Below, one piece after another: positions 56,061 through 64,000 of a DNA stretch of 64,000 nucleotides (the first letter of the stretch is position 1; the number at the start of each line of letters is the position of its first letter). The notes beneath the pieces are model-generated. The model searched no databases and was not told the origin of the DNA. It was given only the letters and a program-made list of their open reading frames with translations. Origin of the DNA: Octopus vulgaris (lineage: Eukaryota); contig OX597814.1 in NCBI GenBank assembly GCA_951406725.2, forward strand, positions 165,292,001 through 165,356,000, in the 5' to 3' direction. The translations under genes and the position numbers were made by a program.

Positions 56061-58363
56061 TGCAGATGCGCCACTAGGCTATGGTATTTTATTCATTCAT
56101 GTAATTATTAGGATACCTGATTACTAGATACCTCAGTATTAATCTTGAGAAGCCTTTTGGGATGGATACAAAAGTATCATTCTGAGGTGGTGGATTAGTA
56201 GAACAGACTATAGATTCCCTGCAGTGTTTTTTCAGCTCTTTACATTCTGAGTTCAAATCCTGCAATGATCTAGTTGGCTGACAGACTTAATCTGTTGCTC
56301 ATTTTAACAATAGCACCTGACACCCTGGATACCTTTAGCGGAGTACACTCTTTTGCAAATACTTTGGTAAAGTTTCCAATTAAGGATACATTTGTTCCTC
56401 CTTCCTACCAGTCTTGGAAACCCTGTTAGAAGGCCATGAAGCACTGCCTTCCCTCCTGACTACATGACTGGAACAAGGGAGGCTATAGATACACATCAAG
56501 AGACACAACCTCTTCCTCCATCTTTTGCAGTCATCAACCAACCTTATGTTTCCCTCCTTTTCTCTCTTTGTCTGTTCTTTGATTTTGGCAAACCAAACAC
56601 GAGGTGTCACAAAATTGTTTAACCTGACCACACCATACATGTAAATAAAAAAAAAGAACAATTAAAAGAAGACTTTAATGAAACTCAAATTAGATTTAAC
56701 TACAGTTTGCTGACCTCTGCTACCAACTTTAACCTACAATTACTGCCATATTATCTTCACACTTGTTGCCTTCTTTCTTTGATAAGTTTGTCTTAGAGAG
56801 AGATCAAAACCTATCATTATTTCATTCTTGTGAAAGCTCTGTGATTGGAATTGAACCAGGTTTCAAGTGCTTGGGTTCTGAGTTATGTGGTCTTGTGTTT
56901 ACAAAGCTGTAGTTTTACGGGATTTTTGTTGGTTATTTGAGATATATATGTTTGTATGTGAGTACAGGCATTACTGTGCTTTTAACAACTTTGCTTCCCA
57001 ACCACGTGGTTCCAGGTACACTTGCACTGAACCACGTTTTCTACATGTACTACTGCCATAGACTTTTCATCAGTACAGGACATTGTACAACTTTTTTTCC
57101 GATGGAAGCTTTGGGGGTGAAATTTAGTAGATGGAAAATAAGTGACAGCCTGTCAGATATATCATCATCATCATCATTATAATCATCATCATCATCATCA
57201 TCATCATTATAATCATTATCCTTATAATCATCATCCTTTTAACATCCGTTTTCCATGCTTGCTTGAATCAGACAAAATTCTTTGAGACAAAGTTTTCTAC
57301 TGCAATCACAGAACTACAATATCATTCTAAAGAATTAATGGTTACCTCATCAAACTCTCAAAGTTCCAAAATAGTGCATAATTAATTGTAAACAATGTGG
57401 ATAAATAAGCATTACATTTGACAGAATAATATGAATGCTAAGGAGTTAAACATTGTAGATGAGCATTTTAAACATGAAACATTTGTTCAATTTTCATTGA
57501 GTTGGGGTGTCATTGGTGGCACTGCTAATTCATGAAGCAACTCTTAATCTTATATTACTCACTTGTCTTATGTTTCTTATTTCTTAATTGCCCACAAGGG
57601 GCTAAACATAGAGGGGGCAAACAAGGACAGGCAAAGGGATTAAGTAGATTACATCGACTCCAGTGCATAACTAGTACTTAATTTATCGACCCCGAAAGGA
57701 TGAAATGCAAAGTCGACCTCGGCAGAATTTGAACTCAGAGCATAATGGCAGACAAAATACTGCTAAGCATTTCGCCAGGCGTGCTAACATTTCTGCCAGC
57801 TCACTTGTCTTGTGTTTCTAATATATCGTTTAACCTTGGATGTACCATCACAAGATCCAGTCTTTGTTGCATTGCGTCAGTTTGTGTAGCAGGCTGTGTG
57901 TCTTAATGACGCTGAGTGCTATGCCAGCAAGCACAAGCTCTTAGTAGACCCTCCCATGCCCGATAAATCAAAGGATAGAGGCCAGGCTAATATGGACAAC
58001 CTCTTCCTAAGGATGAAAATAGGTTTGCATTGGGCCAGCACCACTACCTAGAAAAATGCAATGCTGCAGATGCATCAATGTCAATTCAAAACCAAAATGA
58101 TCCGAGAGAAGATACCCCAGTATCAAGAACTGGAGAGAAAAGTCATCAATGTCCTATGCTCCATAGAGTGAGGGGGGGTGCAAGAGGTTTAAGTAAAGTA
58201 AGTAATCTTGGATGAAGGGTCTGAACTCTAACATAATTCTTTCAAAGTTCCATCTTCAAGATATTATCTCCCTAAGTTTCATATCATAAAATTACAATGT
58301 GACTCTACATGATTGCTTGACTTCGAAGAAATAGATGTCTAATTCCCTCAAATTGCATTTTAC

Positions 58364-58401
58364 CTTCTGCCAAGAGGAGCAACACATTGGACACTGTTGA
58401 C
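58364..58401 (-). CDS. Candidate 38-nt exon of an unidentified host gene
   Basis: ctgtctttatatatacag|gtcaacag...cagaag|gtaaaa; open as QQCPMCCSSWQK in phase 1. Confidence 0.3.
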
Positions 58402-58489
58402 CTGTATATATAAAGACAGACAGACAGATAGATAGATAAATGTACATATGTGTATGCATGTATATATAAATGTGTGTGTGTGTATATAC

Positions 58490-58524
<35 letters not shown>

Positions 58525-58594
58525 TATATATATTGTGTACCGTTGGTGATTTTTTTCCTCTGTCTTCCCTTCTCTGGATCTTTCCTTCTCCTAT

Positions 58595-58629
58595 GTTTCT
58601 GACGAAGAGCTCCGCTTGAAACGTTAAAC
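58595..58629 (+). ncRNA. Minimal hammerhead motif in a solo PLE-type repeat (about 58535-58720) lying in (TA)n
   Basis: GTTT-CTGACGA-A-GAGC-tcc-GCTT-GAAAC-GTT-AAAC. Confidence 0.7.
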
Positions 58630-59570
58630 CCTCCTTCTTTCCTGAGCGTCCAATAATACTATATTTGTTCCACGTCCTCGCGTTGTTGTGTTTTTTTGTG
58701 CTTTCTTGTTTGGATTAACAATATATATATACACATACACAAACATATGCCAAAAAAATAATCAGTTGGCCATAGCTGGATTACCATTTATTTTAATCCA
58801 GTGCTGACAACAACAGCAGCAGTAGTAACAATTTGCTCTTCAGAGAGGATTTGAACCTGTTTGCCATCATTTCAGATGTAAGTGGTGTACATGGCTGAGT
58901 CATGAGAAAGCTCTTCATAAGGAAACAAACAGTGAAGTTAGCAAGGATTACAGCTTGAGAATATTTGCTTAATCACTCAATTATCTGTGTCACCTTGTTT
59001 TCTAAAACGTGTCATCATACCTTTAGTTTCTTCTTATAAATTGGACTATATTTTTCTTTTATTTTTTTTTTCTTTCCAACCATCCAAATAAGCAACCAAC
59101 TAAACAAGCCAACCACCCAACAAGCCAGCCAACCAGCCTACCTGCCTACCAGCTTACCAGCCTACTTGCAAACCACAGTATTTTGTTTTATTATCTTGTA
59201 TTTTTAAATTAGTCTTTGCCATTGTTGTTTAGACCCAGCTATTCCTGTTGAAGAAACCCCTACGCAAAGGCTTTCTAGCAAATTGTCAGATATGAACTAT
59301 CTAAGACAGCATTATACAATGAGCTCTTCTGCTTTTATGGTGGTAGAGTATGATTTATTAGGTGTTTAGTTGGTATTTCTAACAGGCTGAATAACCACAA
59401 AGAGGCTTTCTTTGTTGGCTGGTCTAATTTATGTTTTAGTAAACAACATGTATATATTGAGAACAAAATGCTAAGATCTTGTTTTTTTTATGATGTTTTA
59501 CTGAAATCATGGTGTATTATTTCATGGCCAGCCTTCAAAACAACCAGTTTACCAAGCCTTATGTACTCAC

Positions 59571-59591
59571 ATGTTATAAAAGAGAATTGGC
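59571..59591 (-). CDS. Candidate 21-nt microexon
   Basis: tattattctgcag|gccaattctcttttataacat|gtgagt; symmetric, reads QFSFIT in phase 1. Confidence 0.3.
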
Positions 59592-59674
59592 CTGCAGAAT
59601 AATACATGGTACCAGAGTTAAAAAACAACTTTCTATTATTAGGTTACAGAGTCAAATTAAGACAGGAGGTCAGC

Positions 59675-59705
<31 letters not shown>

Positions 59706-60036
59706 CGTACATATGTTCATTCATTCATACATACATCTATGCATACATATGTACAAGGGGGTGCTGAAAAGTTCCTGGCTTTGGCTAAAAGAAAATACAA
59801 AAGAATCTATTAATTATGATTTTTATTCAGCATATTCTCCTCTCAGATTTACACACTTATTGCAGCAGTCCTTCAGTTTTTCTAAGCCCCGTGAAAGAAC
59901 TTAGAGGGTTGGGCCTCCAGCCAGGGATTAAGTTGATTACATCAACCCCAGTGTGTAACTGGTACTTATTTAATTGACCCTGAAAGGATGAAAGACAAAG
60001 TCAACCCTGGCGGAATTTGAACTCAATACATATATG

Positions 60037-60072
<36 letters not shown>

Positions 60073-60273
60073 TGTATGTATGTATGTATGTATGTATGTA
60101 TGTATGTATGCATGTATAGATAAATAGATAGATAGATAGATGGATGGATGGATATACACACACACATATATATAAGGGTTATCCATAGATAAGACATAGG
60201 GTGTGGTTTGAGGGAGATTTGGCTGTTGTTTCTAATGGGATTGGCCACCAAGCATAGGTCTCCCTCATTGCTT

Positions 60274-60338
<65 letters not shown>

Positions 60339-60339
60339 T

Positions 60340-60757
60340 ACCTTGGATCATAGAGCGACCTGCTGTGCTTGAGGAGACCTATTGAGTCAAGTACATCAAC
60401 ATTAAAAAATCAAATGGAAATTGTAGTTGAAATAACTGTGCCGGTGGCACGTAAAAAGCACCATCCGAATGTGGCCGATGCTAGTGCCACCTTGACTGGC
60501 TTCCATGCCGGTGGCACGTAAAAAGCACCAACCAATCGTGGCCATTGCCAGGCTCCCCTGGCACCTGTGCCGATGGCATATAAAAAGCACCCACTACACT
60601 CACGGAGTGGTTGGCGTTAGGAAGGGCATCCAGCTGTAGAAACACTGCCAGATCAAGACTGGAGCCTGGTGCAGCCTCTTGGCTTCCCAGACCCCGGTTG
60701 AACTGTCCAACCCATGCTAGCTTGGAAAACAGACGTTAAATGATGATGATGATGATG
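60340..60757 (+). mobile_element. SINE family D with internal tandem units and (GAT)n tail; longer copy at 62880-63440 (-)
   Basis: ggttggcgttaggaagggcatccagctgtagaaac..ccaacccatgctagc..gacgttaaa(tga)n shared by both copies. Confidence 0.8.
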
Positions 60758-63511
60758 ATATATATATATATATATATATAATCGATAATAAAACAAATGG
60801 TTTGCACCTGGTAGCTTACTGGTAAGGCATGGTCACTTTCACAGTGACAGTCACATATATTGATGCTAGATGTGTCGAAACAATTGCCGTGATTAATAAT
60901 AAATTCTTGTATATTCCATCTTCCATCTTTTATTTGCCATATATATATATATATATATATATATCCTGTGTTCTCCTGCTATTAGAATAAATACATTATA
61001 TTCCCCCACATGATAAGAGGGATGACCAACCCTTTTAGAAGCTGTAAAGCATATGTTGGACTATCCTGCATTGAAAATATATACCTCTCCCTCTGAAGTG
61101 ATCATCTATTCATAACTCCCATTTTCTCACAGTAATTCTGCTGACACAAAGGTTGAATGACTTGTCATTTTTAACTGTCTGTACCAGTTAGCCTCCTTAT
61201 TAATTCACTTATTTATGTCCCTGTTCAACACATTACCTCTTCAAGCATTCTTCACACCCTCCTCCTGTCTGATCCTTTCTCATGTCATTTACAAAATCGA
61301 AGTCAATAAGACAGGTGGTTCATATGCAAATGTACTTGTTAAATATACAGCCTACAACACTTAGAGCAACTTCTTTAACACCTGCCATCACCACTAAAGA
61401 ATTATTCATTTACCATTGTAATACATAGAAGAGAACCATCATCATCATTTTATGCCAAATTTTTCCATGCTGGAATGGGTTGAAGAGGTCATCATAAGTT
61501 GCACATGCAGCAGCAGTAAAATCTGGCTATATAGCTATATGTGTATGTCTTTAAACACACACACACACACACACACACACAACAGCAGTACCTCTCTGGT
61601 TTTACAAACCCTTCATACACAAACTAACACTATACCTACAAAGCTAATAACAACTGGTAAATCCACATCTTCACATCCATTTTAATAATCTTTGTTTTCC
61701 AAAGTGAAAAAGCATGGAAATTAAAGACACACAAGCACTTGTATATATACATGTATCATCTCCTAATATAATAATGAATGTTGTGTTTATATATATTTGT
61801 ATATTTATATATATATATTTGTCCAAAATTATGCAGGTTGCAGAGGAGGAGAGAAAATAGTAATTCAGTGAAGGAGAAGTAGTGAGAGTAATAGCCCTGA
61901 TTGAGAGGGAGTGAGAGAAAGTAATAGCAATGAGAGAAAGGAAGGGGTGATAGATGAATAAGGAAGGAAGGAGGTGAAAAAAAACAGTGTTTCAAATCTG
62001 TGTGAGTATGTGTGTGTATGTGTGTGCATGTACAAGGGAAATATGTGAATGTATGTGTGATTATTATGTACCTTATTTTTACCTTATTTATTTATAAAAT
62101 ACTACAATTAGCCATCATTATTGATGGCACGTGGTTAGCTAGTGTAAATTATACTCTTTTAACTCTATACATAACCCATGCAAATTGAAATGACCATGTT
62201 AAAGCTGAGATCAAGTACTTTAGGAAGATCATTATTGATATAACTACCTTTCTGCTCTACTTCACTCCACCTCTGCCACCACCATCACAACACTACCACT
62301 ATCGTTACCATCACCACCGACACCACCACCATCACCACCAAAACCAACACCATCCCCAACACCACCACCACCACCACCACTGTTGTTAGCACTACAGTCA
62401 CCACCACAATGTAGAAGCTTTATAAGTTTTTCCATATTTTATGCCAGCTATGCTTTGTTGATGGCTAAGCAAGTATGATTGTATTTATATACATTCAAGT
62501 TTGTGTGTGTGTGTGTATTATAAATATATGCAATATGTCTATATGAATGTGTTATGTATGATGTATGAGAGGAATAATTATTTTAGCTAGACATATTGTA
62601 TTGGATATCTTGCCAGAAGTTTAAAGTATTTTCTGCTCCAATAGTCAGTTCTTACAAATTCCACTAAACCAGCTATATAAACAGTCTCAATCCATAGGTA
62701 TTGTTACTATATAATTATTATTATTAAATATGTGAATGTGAATCTACACACAGGTAGAATAATCCTTTTCTGAATAAAGGAGACATTGTTCCAGCACATA
62801 TGTCTCGTTTCCATACTGTTAAGTAGATAAAAGACAAGTATTGCCCTATATAACACCATAAGTAAGAATTGAACTTGACAACATCATCATCATCATCATT
62901 GTTTAACGTCCGCTTTCCATGCTAGCATGGGTTGGACGATTTGACTGAGGGCTGGCGAACCAGATGTCTGCACCAGGCTTCAATCTTGATCTGGCAGAGT
63001 TTCTACAGCTGGATGCCCTTCCCAACGCCAACCACTCTGAGAGTGTAGTGGGTACTTTTACGTGTCACTAGCATGGGGCCAGTCAGGCGGTACTGGCAAC
63101 GACCTCGCTCGAATCTTTTACACATGCCATTGGCACAGGTGCCAGTAAGGCGATGCTGGTAACGATCACACTCGAATGGTGTCTTTTACATGCCACCGGC
63201 ACGGAGGCCAGATAGCCACTCTGGCAACAATCACACTCGGATGGTGCTCTTAATACCCTACTAGCACAGGGCTCAAGTGCCAGTAAGGCGATGCTGGTAA
63301 CAATCACACTCAAATGGTGCCTTTTAAGTGCCACTGTTACGGAAGCCGGTTAGCAGCTCTGTCAATGATCACACTCATATGGTGCTCTTTGCACCCCACT
63401 AGCACGGACGCCAGTCATCGAATTCGATTTTGATTTTGATTTCACAACATGAAAATTAATGAAATTTTCAACAGTATTACTACCTATCACATTCTTGTGA
63501 TATCTGCTTAC

Positions 63512-63726
63512 AGAATGATGTGCTTTTGAGCCTTTCAATGCCACCACCTGGTCCTTGGATATTTTCAGTAGAGTCCGCTTTGTTGAAAACATTCAAATTA
63601 GGTTTGGTTTGTGGAAAGTGGACCTTTGAATTGTGTCACTGCAGTAAACCATGAGCCCTTCCTTTTCACTATCAATTTTGGAGATCCTCAATTGGTCATG
63701 GGTACTGCTCTTCTCTTTCGGTGAAG
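63512..63726 (-). CDS. Candidate ~215-nt exon of an unidentified host gene (needs one indel to be open)
   Basis: gatatttggattttgtag| ... |gtaagc; SPKEKSSTHDQLRISKIDSEKEGLMVYCS, then in another frame HNSKVHFPQTKPNLNVFNKADSTENIQGPGGGIERLKSTSF. Confidence 0.4.
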
Positions 63727-64000
63727 CTACAAAATCCAAATATCTTAGTTACAGAAACAATGCATTGCAAAGAGAGGATGTATCTACCAGCCTCACAACT
63801 AGGTATTGCTGTTGTTATTGTAGATTAGTGAAGGTGCATAGCTGATGAATCACTGGTCCCAAGCTGTATCAGCATTTGCCTTACACTTGGATAACATCAA
63901 TGGCATGGAGAGGGGAAACTGGTATGCATGGGCAACTGCTGGTCTTCCATAAACAACCTTGCCCAGATCTGTGCCTCTGAGAGGAACTTTCTAGGTGCAA

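Noticed and set aside
58802-58877. Plus-strand exon (ccag|tgctgac...gat|gtaagt)
   Set aside because: Peptide NNLLFREDLNLFA resembles the HLLFxDDLKLFA RT motif of R4-like LINEs, and the strand conflicts with the other candidate exons
60438-60591. CRISPR array
   Set aside because: Only three repeats, mutually similar spacers, inside a eukaryotic SINE, no cas genes
62656-62672. 17-nt minus-strand microexon (tatag|ctggtttagtggaattt|gtaaga)
   Set aside because: Weak pyrimidine tract; would shift phase and put a stop in the 21-nt candidate; unsupported without RNA data

Overview
AT-rich eukaryotic DNA saturated with microsatellites and transposon fossils. The SINE repertoire and (CATA)n/(TAGA)n/(TA)n load resemble an octopus-type cephalopod genome (inferred, not proven). 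There is no intact protein-coding ORF: nearly all long ORFs in the track are microsatellite artefacts. Recognisable content: decayed LINEs (RTE, CR1-like, Tx1/L1-type ORF1, R4/Dong-like RLE elements), several Penelope-like element (PLE) fragments, one Ty3/Gypsy gag-protease remnant, mariner, pogo/Tigger and Merlin-like DNA transposons and MITEs, a non-autonomous Helitron, and at least five SINE families. Highlights: (1) minimal type-I hammerhead ribozyme motifs from at least six distinct PLE-type terminal repeats, several in fold-back insertions with TSDs and one family with an apparent G3-C8 swapped core; (2) a PLE copy with twin-priming-like inversion geometry; (3) RLE-LINE 3' ends repeatedly abutting (CATA)n; (4) a switch to CpG decay after about 53.7 kb, coinciding with candidate minus-strand exons of a host gene. 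Everything was read by eye; boundaries are approximate unless a TSD or TIR is quoted.
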